Source: Candidatus Fermentibacterota bacterium (GTDB lineage: Bacteria; Fermentibacterota; Fermentibacteria; Fermentibacterales; JCC-6). From it: a stretch of 64,000 nucleotides of DNA. The position numbers were made by a program, and so were the translations under genes. The notes under the pieces were generated by a model. The model worked only from the letters and a program-made list of their open reading frames with translations, was not told the DNA's origin and searched no databases. Shown one piece after another: positions 18,219-27,419 of the stretch. The stretch lies in NCBI GenBank assembly GCA_963845085.1, contig CAWJQI010000005.1, positions 160,001 through 224,000 on the forward strand, in the 5' to 3' direction. Position 1 is the first letter of the stretch, and every line of letters begins with the position of its first letter.

Positions 18219-18701
18219 TCAACGTTTATATCCGAATCGCTTCATCAGTTCCAGCCTTGCGTCCACATCCTCAAGACATTCCACTGCCGTGGGCGGCTCG
18301 CCGTCCACAACACCCAGGATGCCGCCCCCCTGGTCCGTTCTGGCAACAATCACCTCGACGGGGTTCGAAGTTGCGCAGAATATCCCGCACACCTCGGGCA
18401 CCGCCCTGACCGCCGGAAGGACCTGTATGGGGAAGGCCTTCGCAAGAACGATCATGAAACAGTGACCCGCTGAAATGCGCATCAGGTTGTCCTCGGCGAC
18501 CTTTTTCAACTCGAGGTCGTTCCCGTCGCTTCTTACGAGACAGGGGCCGGAGGCCTCGCTGAAGGCCAGTCCGAAGGGGGTGCCGGGAAGCGTTCCGGTG
18601 ATCGCCTCGTAAAGGTCCTCAACGGTCTTGATGAAATGCGACTGACCGAGGATGATGTTGCATCCCTCGGGAAACTCGAGCCTCACGCTTTCAAGATGCA
18701 T
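18219..18701 (-). CDS. Adenosine-specific kinase family (DUF355) protein
   Basis: NIILGQSHFIKTVEDL, FSEASGPCLVR, CATSNP, GILGVVDG, C-terminal FGYKR. Confidence 0.88.
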   Translation of the reverse strand: MHLESVRLEFPEGCNIILGQSHFIKTVEDLYEAITGTLPGTPFGLAFSEASGPCLVRSDGNDLELKKVAEDNLMRISAGHCFMIVLAKAFPIQVLPAVRAVPEVCGIFCATSNPVEVIVARTDQGGGILGVVDGEPPTAVECLEDVDARLELMKRFGYKR

Positions 18702-18722
18702 GTCCGGCCTCCCGCTTCCGTA

Positions 18723-20108
18723 CTACCTGTATATCCCCTTGAACACGTCCTTCACCTCGGGAACGCCTCCCTGGAGTATCATGTAACCGTCCGGCGGCTC
18801 GCTCGCCGTCATGTCGCCGGCGATCGGGGTCTGCATGATCCTCTGAACCTCATCGTGGCTGTCTGCTGCCGCAAGCGCCCAGCAGAGCTTCACATATGCG
18901 GCCTCGGGGAGCATGTTGGCAAGCGGCACCACCCCTCTCTCCATGAGCAGCCTGCCGGTGTCGTAGACGTACATCTGGGTGAAGCCCCAGAGCGTCTGGA
19001 CCGTCATGAACACGTGAACGCCGGCCTCGGTTGCCTTGCGCAGCGGCTCGTAGAGCGGCTTGTTCACGTGGCCGAGGCCTGTTCCGGCGATGATGATTCC
19101 CTTGTAGCCGTTGTCAACAAGGCTTTCGATGATGTCGGGCTTCATGTTGGGGTAGTAGTAGACTATCGAGACACGGTCGTCGAAGACGGGGAGGATCGAC
19201 GGCTTGCGCTCAGGATCGCGCCGGCGGTAATCGTCCTTCAGATATGTGAAGCTTTCCCGGTCCACCATGGCCAGGGGGCGGTCACCAATCGTCCTGAAGG
19301 TGCTTCTGTAGCTGGAATGCATCTTGCGGACCCTGGTCCCCCTGTGCAGAAGCCCGTACCTGTCGCTCGTGGGGCCGAACATGCACACCATGACCTCCGC
19401 AGCGTCGCAATACGCAGCGGTGCGGGTTGCATGGATCAGGTTCAGGGCGGCGTCGCTGGAGGGTCTGTCGCTCGACCGCTGGCTTCCGACGAGAACAACG
19501 GGCACCGGAAGGTTCTGGCACATGTAGGACAGAATTGCCGCGGTGTGATGGAGCGTATCGGTGCCGTGGCCTATCACGATCCCCGCCACGCCCTTCTCGA
19601 TCTCCCGGGCTATGCCCTCGGCGAGCGCCTTGTACTGCACGGGGCCCATGTCTTCGCTGAAGATGCCGAAAAGCTTCTCGGTCTCAAGGTTGCATACGTC
19701 GGCGAGCTCGGGCACCGCGCCGTAAAGTTCGCCGGGGCTGAAAGCAGGGATCACCGCGCCCGTCTTGTAATCGAGACGGCTCGCAATGGTGCCCCCCGTT
19801 CCGAACAGCATGACCCTGGGGTGCCTGGGATCGGTGGGGAACTGCTGCTCGGGAATATGGTAGTTGGCCTTTCTTGAGCCCTTGATGATCACACCGTCGA
19901 TCTTCATGGCGGAAATGCCGATGTTGTAGCCGGTGGCCAGCTTCAGAACGAGGTGATTCTCGTCAGCGGTCTCGCTCCTCGGGAGCACCACGCCCTCGAA
20001 AGTGTTCTGTCCCGCCGTTATGGTCACATCATCCCAGACCTGGATGCCCAGTCTCTCCATGACCTCCCGGGTGGGATTCCTGTAGCCCTTGAAGGAGTCG
20101 TCGTTCAT
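18723..20108 (-). CDS. gatD: Glu-tRNA(Gln) amidotransferase subunit D (archaeal-type)
   Basis: GatD N-domain (VLKLATGYNIGI), then TGGTIASRLDYKTGAV, HGTDT, GSQRSSDRPSSD, HRGTRVRKMHSSYR, GTGLGHV, MLPE.AYVKL. Start at ATG 20108. Confidence 0.88.
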   Translation of the reverse strand: MNDDSFKGYRNPTREVMERLGIQVWDDVTITAGQNTFEGVVLPRSETADENHLVLKLATGYNIGISAMKIDGVIIKGSRKANYHIPEQQFPTDPRHPRVMLFGTGGTIASRLDYKTGAVIPAFSPGELYGAVPELADVCNLETEKLFGIFSEDMGPVQYKALAEGIAREIEKGVAGIVIGHGTDTLHHTAAILSYMCQNLPVPVVLVGSQRSSDRPSSDAALNLIHATRTAAYCDAAEVMVCMFGPTSDRYGLLHRGTRVRKMHSSYRSTFRTIGDRPLAMVDRESFTYLKDDYRRRDPERKPSILPVFDDRVSIVYYYPNMKPDIIESLVDNGYKGIIIAGTGLGHVNKPLYEPLRKATEAGVHVFMTVQTLWGFTQMYVYDTGRLLMERGVVPLANMLPEAAYVKLCWALAAADSHDEVQRIMQTPIAGDMTASEPPDGYMILQGGVPEVKDVFKGIYR

Positions 20109-20118
20109 ATCGGTCCCC

Positions 20119-21549
20119 TTAGAATCTCCGCCTTCTTCTTGCGGATTCGATACCCATTTCCATCCTGTAATTGGCAACTGTGCGGCGCTTGACCGGTATT
20201 CCCATGCCGGAGAGCACCGCTGACAACCTTTCGTCGGACAGGGGGTCGGAAGGATCCTCGTGGCTGACGAGCCTGCGGATCTCCTCTCTGACCCTGGCGG
20301 CGGAAGCATCGGTTTCGCCGCTTCCCGCGGCCCTGCTGAAATAGAACTTCATCTCATGAATCCCCTGGGGCGACTGCACATACTTTCCGTTCACGGCGCG
20401 GCTGATCGTCGATGCGTTGTAGCCAAGGGCATCGGCCGCCTGCTGCAGCGTCAGCGGACGGAGGAAGTCGAGGCCGTTCTCGAGAAACTCACCCTGTGCC
20501 TCGACGAGGAAGCGCCCGATTCGCAGCACCGTGTCCTGGCGCTGGGAGATGGCCCTTAAAAACCAGCCGGCCCTTCTGAACTTTGACTTGACGTAGTCAC
20601 GCTCGACGGGAGAGGTTGACGGGGATTCGAGGACCCTTCTGTTCCGTTCGCTTATGTGAAGCCTTGGAAAGCGGCTGTCGTTCAGGAAGACAACGAAGCC
20701 TTCGTCTGTCTTTTCGATGATGAGGTCGGGGATGACCACCGAATTTGTGTCGGTGCCGAATTCCGCCCCCGGCCACGGGTTCAGCGAGAGGATCACCGAG
20801 GAGGCCTCCTCGACCCTGGCCGGTGAGACACCCAGCGCCCTTGCCATGGCTGGAATCCTGCGGGATGCAAGGTCGTCGAAGTGCTCATCCAGTATCCTGA
20901 ACTCGAGCGAGTCGTCGGTGTAACCCTGTGCCTTCAGCTGGACCTTGAGCGCATCCTGGGCGGTCGGCTGCCCCACCCCCAGCGGCTCAAGGCTTCTGAC
21001 CACGTCGAGAGCCCGCGGCAGCATCGCCGGGTCGCCCTCCCAGCCCTGCATGAGTTCCTGCATGCCGCAGCAGAGAAGCCCGTGCCTGTCCAAAGAGTAG
21101 ATGATGTATGCGGCTGCGGCTTCTACACCCGGCCCTGGACCGAGTTGCTGCACCTGCCGGATGAGATGCTCGGAGAGCGTAATGCTGCTTTCCGGCTCGG
21201 GTCTCCAGGGGTCGTCATCCTGCATTGAGCCCCCGGACGGGTATTCGCCGGAATCCTCCTCCAGCTGCTTCAGGATGTCCATGGTGTCATCCTCGGTCTC
21301 GTCCTGACGCGAAGGCTCATCTTCCGCGTCCTGTTCCGGCTGCTCCGGCTCGGGTTCGTCCTGTCCCTGCTGAAGCGCATCGACTTCCTCCAAAAGGGGG
21401 TTGTCCGACAGCTCCTGACGGATCAGGGCTTCCAGTTCGAGGGAGGAAAGCTGGAGCATCTCCAGCTGCTGGCGGAGGGTCTGGGTCATTACCAGCCTCT
21501 GCGACTGGACAAGTTCAAGCTGGGGTCTCATCTCCTGTCTTGCGGTCAC
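20119..21549 (-). CDS. rpoN: RNA polymerase sigma-54 factor
   Basis: Gln/Leu-rich region I, NPLLE, STISRAVNGKY, PLSD, RpoN box RRTVANYR. Confidence 0.95.
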   Translation of the reverse strand: MTARQEMRPQLELVQSQRLVMTQTLRQQLEMLQLSSLELEALIRQELSDNPLLEEVDALQQGQDEPEPEQPEQDAEDEPSRQDETEDDTMDILKQLEEDSGEYPSGGSMQDDDPWRPEPESSITLSEHLIRQVQQLGPGPGVEAAAAYIIYSLDRHGLLCCGMQELMQGWEGDPAMLPRALDVVRSLEPLGVGQPTAQDALKVQLKAQGYTDDSLEFRILDEHFDDLASRRIPAMARALGVSPARVEEASSVILSLNPWPGAEFGTDTNSVVIPDLIIEKTDEGFVVFLNDSRFPRLHISERNRRVLESPSTSPVERDYVKSKFRRAGWFLRAISQRQDTVLRIGRFLVEAQGEFLENGLDFLRPLTLQQAADALGYNASTISRAVNGKYVQSPQGIHEMKFYFSRAAGSGETDASAARVREEIRRLVSHEDPSDPLSDERLSAVLSGMGIPVKRRTVANYRMEMGIESARRRRRF

Positions 21550-22274
21550 AGCTTGAACTTCTCCCCGAGATAGATCTTCCTTGCTTCCGGATCATCGGCG
21601 AGTTCAGCGGCCGACCCGGAGATGAGAATACGCCCGTCGTACATAATATAGGCCCTGTCGGTTATCGCAAGAGTTTCCCTGACATTGTGGTCCGTGATCA
21701 GAACTCCGAGTCCCTTCCGGGCAAGACCGGCAACGATCTCCTGTATCTCGTTGACGGCGATCGGGTCAATACCGGCGAAGGGCTCGTCCAGAAGCATGTA
21801 CCCGGGCCGGGTGACAAGAGCGCGAGCGATCTCGACCCTTCTCCTCTCCCCGCCTGAGAGGGTGAACGCCTTCTGCGATGCAAGATGAGTCACGCCAAGA
21901 TCATGCATGAGTTTCTCGCACCTGTCGTTCCTCTCGGTTCTGGTGAGGCCCATCGTCTCAAGAATGCAGAGCAGGTTGTCTTTTACCGTCATCTTTCGGA
22001 AAACGCTGGATTCCTGCGAAAGGTAGCCTATCCCGAGCCTTGCACGGCGGTACATGGGCAGACGGGTTATATCCTTCCCGTCGAGCCAGACGCTTCCGGA
22101 ATCCGGCCTGATGAAGCCGACGATCTGGTAGAAGGAGGTGGTCTTGCCGGCCCCGTTCGGGCCAAGGAGCCCCACTATTTCGCCGGGGTGAACCTCGACG
22201 CTTACGCCGTCGACGACCCTCCGCTTCCTGTAGGTCTTCACAAGATCCCTCGCCGCGAGTATCCTGTCAGTCAC
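21546..22274 (-). CDS. lptB: LPS export ABC ATPase
   Basis: GPNGAGKTTSF, LPMYRRARLGIGYL, LSGGERRR, DEPFAGIDP, ITDHNVRETL, YLGEKF. Confidence 0.97.
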   Translation of the reverse strand: MTDRILAARDLVKTYRKRRVVDGVSVEVHPGEIVGLLGPNGAGKTTSFYQIVGFIRPDSGSVWLDGKDITRLPMYRRARLGIGYLSQESSVFRKMTVKDNLLCILETMGLTRTERNDRCEKLMHDLGVTHLASQKAFTLSGGERRRVEIARALVTRPGYMLLDEPFAGIDPIAVNEIQEIVAGLARKGLGVLITDHNVRETLAITDRAYIMYDGRILISGSAAELADDPEARKIYLGEKFKL

Positions 22275-23310
22275 GAAACTCTCCGCTCCAGCTGTAGGTG
22301 CCCCTCACCGTTCCCCAGGCCGTAACCCTGTCCATCTCCCCGCCCACGAACCTAAGCACGAGATTCTCCGCAGTGATCGTGTTGGCCTCGGACCTTTCCA
22401 GCCCTGACGAGACGGCGTTCATCGTGGCGGTTCCCGACAGGTGGAGAGAGTCGAGCTCGGTTTCGTCCCCCGGGATGAAGCCGAAGAAAGCACGCTGCGA
22501 GGAAAACTCCACGTTGGTGGTGTCGTCCCTCGTGAGGTGCCCGCGGGCGTTGCCCTCGATCCGCAGGGACTCGAGATCCCCGTCCCTCAAAAGAACCTCC
22601 ATCCAGTCGCCGTTCAGGATCCCCTCGGGCGCTTCCACCCTTGGAGCCCCTATCAGTTCGAGCTTTTCTTCCTCCCCATGGAAGAGCATGTATTCAGCAA
22701 CAGCCGTGAATTCACGGGATGGCATCCTGAGGATTCCGTCTCCCTGAGCCTCGGCCCTGTCCTCGTCGAGGAAGAACTCGAGCCGCTGGGCCGTGATGGT
22801 TAGGGAATCTCCTCCCTCAACCCTTCTGAGTTCGGGCTCGCTCGTCACGAAAAGGCTTCCCCGGTCGCCGTCGTACAGCGCATACTCGCCGGTAACCTCC
22901 CCGAGCCACTCGCCGGTCATGATCACGGCGCCCAGGGCTGTGGCCTTGTTCATGAACCGGTACCAGGTTATCCGGTCGGCTCTCAGAGTGCTTTCGCCAT
23001 CCAGCAGGACGGCGTTCCCAATGAGCTGCAGCAGCCCCGACGGTCTTGAGTAGGAGAGAAAGGCTCCGGTCGCCGTAATGGAGTCGTGCAGAACGTGAAC
23101 ATTGTCATGGAACTCGGCTGTCTGGGCTGTCTCGAAGATGGTTGCCCTGTCGGACGTGACCGTGACCTCGCCGTCCGTTACGGAGACGCTGTCCGTGAGT
23201 TCGAGCACCACCGTGCCGTCCTCCAGCTCGGTCGACCAGGCGTGCAGCGCCGTCACGGTGAACACGCCGGCGTGCGCGGTGAAGGATGCGAGCAGCAGGG
23301 CCCTAATCAA
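22267..23310 (-). CDS. lptA: LptA/OstA-like beta-jellyroll protein (long form)
   Basis: Signal peptide and repeated OstA-type strands (LRADRI, ATALGAV, AEAQGDG). Lies between lptC and lptB. Confidence 0.7.
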   Translation of the reverse strand: MIRALLLASFTAHAGVFTVTALHAWSTELEDGTVVLELTDSVSVTDGEVTVTSDRATIFETAQTAEFHDNVHVLHDSITATGAFLSYSRPSGLLQLIGNAVLLDGESTLRADRITWYRFMNKATALGAVIMTGEWLGEVTGEYALYDGDRGSLFVTSEPELRRVEGGDSLTITAQRLEFFLDEDRAEAQGDGILRMPSREFTAVAEYMLFHGEEEKLELIGAPRVEAPEGILNGDWMEVLLRDGDLESLRIEGNARGHLTRDDTTNVEFSSQRAFFGFIPGDETELDSLHLSGTATMNAVSSGLERSEANTITAENLVLRFVGGEMDRVTAWGTVRGTYSWSGEFRD

Positions 23311-23872
23311 GGTCGGACACCTCGCCGCTGTAAACGGCCTGGAATGATTCGCTTACCATCACGTCGCCCACGGTGCCAAGGCCCGTGTTCAGGGTGACTC
23401 CCCTGCCCCTGAGCACCGTCACGCCGTCATCCTCGGGCACGGTGAACACTGTGAGGCAGTCGGTGTAGAAAACGCCGAGCGAATCATCCCATAGAAGCAG
23501 GGGGGTCTCCAGCCTGCGCCCCTCGACGTTCTCGGCCACGACCGATCCCCACAGAACGGTCTCGCCGGAGACGAGGCTGGCTCTTCCCGAATCTGAACGC
23601 ACCGTGCTCTCCGGTCGGTTTTCGAGGAAGAACGTGATGTGTACTCCGGAAAGGGTAACGAGGCTGTCGTCTTCGAGATAGATCGCCGTATCGCCCTGAA
23701 GGCTCCAGGATCTGTCCGGCCCCTCGGCCTGGGTGAGCCTGAAACCCGATACGGTCTGGACCCTTCGGGATTCCGACGAGTATTCTCCGGGCTGTTCACC
23801 GCACGACAGGCCTGAAAGCAGGGCTGCGACCCCAGCGATCGTGAAACCAAATCCACTGGCCGGGTTCCTCAA
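23303..23872 (-). CDS. lptC: LPS export periplasmic protein LptC (lipoprotein-like signal)
   Basis: LSGLSC lipobox-like, W.L.G..A, V.SDSG, LWGSVV, LETPLLLWD, G.G. Gene position fits. Confidence 0.75.
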   Translation of the reverse strand: MRNPASGFGFTIAGVAALLSGLSCGEQPGEYSSESRRVQTVSGFRLTQAEGPDRSWSLQGDTAIYLEDDSLVTLSGVHITFFLENRPESTVRSDSGRASLVSGETVLWGSVVAENVEGRRLETPLLLWDDSLGVFYTDCLTVFTVPEDDGVTVLRGRGVTLNTGLGTVGDVMVSESFQAVYSGEVSDLD

Positions 23873-24692
23873 CTATCCACTCCCCGATTCTTCTGTTGAA
23901 CTCCGCCGTAAGCATGTTGACACCCTCCTCGCCCTCCATTCCACGGGTATCGACCGGGGGATCGATCACGAGGAGATATCCCATGCCAACCCTTCTTATA
24001 TGAAGCGTGACGGCGGGAATGCCAAACCTGAGGCAGATCGAGGCCGGACCGACCGGCGTGAGCGCAGGGACATCCAGGAAGGGGATGAACCGCCCCTCGA
24101 CCGCCTTGGTCTCCTGGTCGATAAGAATGCCGACCGCCGTGTTGTTCCTAAGAGTCCTCACGAGCCTCAAGGCCCCCTCGCCACGGTCGATGGTCTCGAC
24201 TCCCGAACGGCGCCTCAGCGAATCCAGTTCTTCAGAGATCAGGGGGTTCCAGAGCTTGCGTCCAACAATGCCCACCCTGTGCCCGAGAAGGGTGATGGCC
24301 CTGGGGATGAGCTCCCATGCGGAGTAATGGGCGGTGACGACCACCGCACCCCTGCCCTGCGCCATGATCGCGGCCAGATGCTCTTCCCCGGAAACCCGTA
24401 CGATGCGCCGGAAAGAAGTGTCGTCCATTGCGGACAGCCTCAGAAAATCGAGCATCCCGGCCGTCATGTGCCTGTAAACTAGCGCCGGGGCAACATGCAG
24501 CCCCAGAGGGGCCGCCACTTGCGATATGTTCCTTGACATGAACCGGTTGGAGCGCCCCGGCAACACCGATGCCGCCGCTCCGATGAGGCATGAGAGCGCC
24601 CATCCGACCCGTCTGGGGAGCACTGCACCCAGCTTCATGATGCACCGGCAGAGAAGCGGTTCCAGATGCCTGTGACGAAACGTGCGGAGCAA
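23796..24692 (-). CDS. LpxL/HtrB-family lipid acyltransferase
   Basis: TAHYSAWE, LIDQ, FIPF, PGQWIWFHDRW. Confidence 0.88.
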   Translation of the reverse strand: MLRTFRHRHLEPLLCRCIMKLGAVLPRRVGWALSCLIGAAASVLPGRSNRFMSRNISQVAAPLGLHVAPALVYRHMTAGMLDFLRLSAMDDTSFRRIVRVSGEEHLAAIMAQGRGAVVVTAHYSAWELIPRAITLLGHRVGIVGRKLWNPLISEELDSLRRRSGVETIDRGEGALRLVRTLRNNTAVGILIDQETKAVEGRFIPFLDVPALTPVGPASICLRFGIPAVTLHIRRVGMGYLLVIDPPVDTRGMEGEEGVNMLTAEFNRRIGEWIVEEPGQWIWFHDRWGRSPAFRPVVR

Positions 24693-24695
24693 ATC

Positions 24696-25652
24696 CTACC
24701 TGAAACCTTCGCGAAGTGCGTCGTGCAGGTAGAGGATCCCCACGGGCCTTCTATCCGCATCGACCGCCACCACTGACGTGATGCCCCGCATCTCCATCGT
24801 TGAAACCGCCGATGACGCAGGCTCGTCGGGACGCACGACCGATGGCTCCCTGACGAGGACGTCGGAGAGGGTGAGATTCAGAATGTCAGCCCTGTTTCGC
24901 ATGAGCCGGCCGAGGTCGCCGTAGACGAAGATTCCGGACAGGCGCCCCGTGTCGTCCGTTGTGATGCACACGCCCCTGTGCCTGGTCATGATCTCCACCG
25001 CCTCGGAAAGTGGCATGTCTTCGCGCGCCAGCGGCAGGGTCTTCGAGACCATGATGTCGCTGACCCTGAGAAGAAGCTTTCTTCCCAGCATGCCCCCGGG
25101 GTGCACGTTCGCAAAATCCTCGGGGGAGAAGCCGCTCAACCTGAGGAGTGCCATGGCAAGTGCGTCGCCGATGGCCATCATGGCGGTGGTGCTGGCGGTG
25201 GGCGCCAGATTGTACGGGCATGCCTCTTCAAGATCAGGAAGCAGCAGAACGGCTGCGGAAGCCCGTGCGAGTATGGAATCCTCCCGGGATGTAATCGAGA
25301 CGATTGGAACGCTGAGCCGGACGAGCGCCGGGAGCATTGCAGCAATCTCGGGCGTTCCTCCGCTCTTCGAGAGAACCAGCGCGCTGTCGCCCGTTGCAAG
25401 GATTCCTATGTCGCCGTGGATTCCCTCGGCCGGGTGCAGGAAGTATGCCGGAGATCCAGTGCTTGTGAGCGTTGCAGCGATCTTGCGGGCCACCAGGCCG
25501 GATTTGCCCATGCCGCAGACTACGATCTTGCCGGCAGTCTGTCTCAAAACATCGACCGCGGGGTCGAAGCGGTCGGCGTTCAGGCTGATGCTTGCCCTGA
25601 GCCAGTCCGCCTCGATCCCGATCACCCTGCCGGCTTCGTCAGAGCACTTCAT
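24696..25652 (-). CDS. kdsD: Arabinose-5-phosphate isomerase (KpsF/GutQ, SIS plus CBS)
   Basis: GMGKSG, HPAEGIHGDIG, EACPYNLAPTAST, HPGGMLG, CBS pair. Confidence 0.95.
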   Translation of the reverse strand: MKCSDEAGRVIGIEADWLRASISLNADRFDPAVDVLRQTAGKIVVCGMGKSGLVARKIAATLTSTGSPAYFLHPAEGIHGDIGILATGDSALVLSKSGGTPEIAAMLPALVRLSVPIVSITSREDSILARASAAVLLLPDLEEACPYNLAPTASTTAMMAIGDALAMALLRLSGFSPEDFANVHPGGMLGRKLLLRVSDIMVSKTLPLAREDMPLSEAVEIMTRHRGVCITTDDTGRLSGIFVYGDLGRLMRNRADILNLTLSDVLVREPSVVRPDEPASSAVSTMEMRGITSVVAVDADRRPVGILYLHDALREGFR

Positions 25653-26118
25653 GCCTTGCCTCCAGGATCATTTCGGCCACTTCCCTCACCGCTCCCGCAC
25701 CGCCCGGAGCCGAGGCAACGAGTGAACACCGCGCGATAACTTCGGGAGCCGCGTTGGAAGGGCATGCTGCAACCCCTGCCAGCTCGAGCGCGGGCAGATC
25801 GTTCGCATCGTCACCCATGAACAGGGTGTTCGACAGTGGAACCCCGAGGAATCCGCAAAGGTCCCTGAGGGCTTCGTCCTTGCGTCTGCAGCCGAGTGCA
25901 AGGTGTTTGATGCCGAGGTCGGCTGCCCTTCGCCTGGTGGCGGGGAAATCGCGAAGGGACAAAAGGGCAACCTCGAATCCTGCCCTGAGGAGTTTCATGA
26001 TGCCTTCGCCGTCCCGCGCGGAATAGAACTGACCCACACCGTCGGGACCGTAGAAAAGCCTGCCGTCAGTCAGCGTTCCATCCACATCAAGGCATACAAG
26101 ACGGATCCCTGAGAGCAT
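25639..26118 (-). CDS. kdsC: KDO-8-phosphate phosphatase (HAD)
   Basis: DVDGTLTDG, RDG.G, MGDDANDL, GG.GAVRE. Confidence 0.92.
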   Translation of the reverse strand: MLSGIRLVCLDVDGTLTDGRLFYGPDGVGQFYSARDGEGIMKLLRAGFEVALLSLRDFPATRRRAADLGIKHLALGCRRKDEALRDLCGFLGVPLSNTLFMGDDANDLPALELAGVAACPSNAAPEVIARCSLVASAPGGAGAVREVAEMILEARHEVL

Positions 26119-26291
26119 CGAATTCTTCCTTCCGGGTGAAAACATCTCAATATCAAACATATGAAAAGAATCCCGGGGCTGCCCGACGGTGCTTCATCGG
26201 CATGTGCCAAAAGTGCGCACCGGATCATGATGACGGGAAGGGGAACAATGACGTGGTCCAATCCACAGATCCCGCCGGTTCCCGGTGGCTG

Positions 26292-27419
26292 CTACACCTG
26301 TGTCAGGCTTTTCCAGTAAACCCTTGACCGCCTGTGAAGCCTTTTTTCATAGAACTTCCATTGAGCCTGGATCCTCGTGTTGGTCTCGAGCTCACGGTTG
26401 CTCTCGGCGTGCGTCATACCCCGTGCGAGTGCTGACAGCCCCATCTCGTAGCTCATCAGCAGGTCGATCCCCTTGCCCTGGTACTCGTGGCGGATGCCGG
26501 CAAGGTAGAAGTCGAGGACCCTGCTTTTCCTCATGGCGCGGAGGACGTGGATAAAACCAAAGGGGAACAGCCTGCCGCGGGCCTTGCGGAATGCCTGTGT
26601 GAGGCTGGGCATCGCGATTATGAACCCTACGACCCTGTCGCCCTCGGCGGCTATCTTCACGAACTCGGGGTCGACATGTCCGAGATAGCTTTTTATGTAG
26701 AAGTCTATCTCCTCCTGGGAAAGCAGGGTGGTTCCATAAAGGTCCCTGTAGGACTCGTTCAGCACATCGAACACCTGGGGTGCCCACTTCCTGGCGAGTT
26801 CCTTCCTGCTGCTCTCGGAAAACACCCTGACGGTTGTCCTTCGGCGGATCAGGTCGGCCATCCTCTGAACCTTTTCGGGTATCTCCCGGGGTACCGTGAT
26901 GCGGTATTCGACGTAGTCGACATCCTTCACGTAACCCCTCTTTTCGATGAACTCTCCGTACCAGGGTGGTGACCAGCTGCCGACGATGGTCGGCTCCTCG
27001 TCGTAGCCCTCCACCAGAAAACCTGTGGCGTCATTGTCGGAAAAGCCCATCGGACCGACTGCACGGGTCATCCCGGCCGCGGCAAGCCAGCGTTCCGCCC
27101 CGTCGAGCAGAAGCTCGGCCGCATCGGGGGCATCAGCCTCGAACCAGCCGAACCTGCCTGTACTGGAGCTGTTCTTGATGTTGTACTCCCTCGATATGAC
27201 GGCGGCGACCCTTCCGCACAGGGCACCGTCACGGTATGCAACGAAGAAGCGGGAGTCGCAGTGATTGAAGGCGGGATTCTTCGCCGGATCGAAGAACACC
27301 TTCTCCTGCATCAACAGCTGGGGCACCCATCGGGACTCGCTGCCATGGATCCGGAACGGCACCGAAATGAACTTGTTCATCCCCCGGCCGGGTTCCACCT
27401 CGACAACTCTAACGCCCAT
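26292..27419 (-). CDS. Second tandem-GNAT YghO/bCerS-like acyltransferase
   Basis: WVPQL, KNPAF, GRFGWFE, GPMGFSDND, PPWY, AMPSL, GIRHEYQGKG, ELETN. Start overlaps the kdsA stop. Confidence 0.75.
   Translation of the reverse strand: MGVRVVEVEPGRGMNKFISVPFRIHGSESRWVPQLLMQEKVFFDPAKNPAFNHCDSRFFVAYRDGALCGRVAAVISREYNIKNSSSTGRFGWFEADAPDAAELLLDGAERWLAAAGMTRAVGPMGFSDNDATGFLVEGYDEEPTIVGSWSPPWYGEFIEKRGYVKDVDYVEYRITVPREIPEKVQRMADLIRRRTTVRVFSESSRKELARKWAPQVFDVLNESYRDLYGTTLLSQEEIDFYIKSYLGHVDPEFVKIAAEGDRVVGFIIAMPSLTQAFRKARGRLFPFGFIHVLRAMRKSRVLDFYLAGIRHEYQGKGIDLLMSYEMGLSALARGMTHAESNRELETNTRIQAQWKFYEKRLHRRSRVYWKSLTQV

Noticed and set aside
15927..19877. Long plus-strand ORFs (307, 469 and 413 aa)
   Set aside because: Antisense shadows of the C25 protease, DUF355 and gatD genes.
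26190..26212. TTGGCAC on the minus strand upstream of kdsC as a sigma-54 promoter
   Set aside because: No TTGC/-12 element at the required spacing.
26161..26291. Intergenic gap as a possible ncRNA or riboswitch
   Set aside because: No recognisable family motif or convincing structure by eye. An Rfam scan would be needed.
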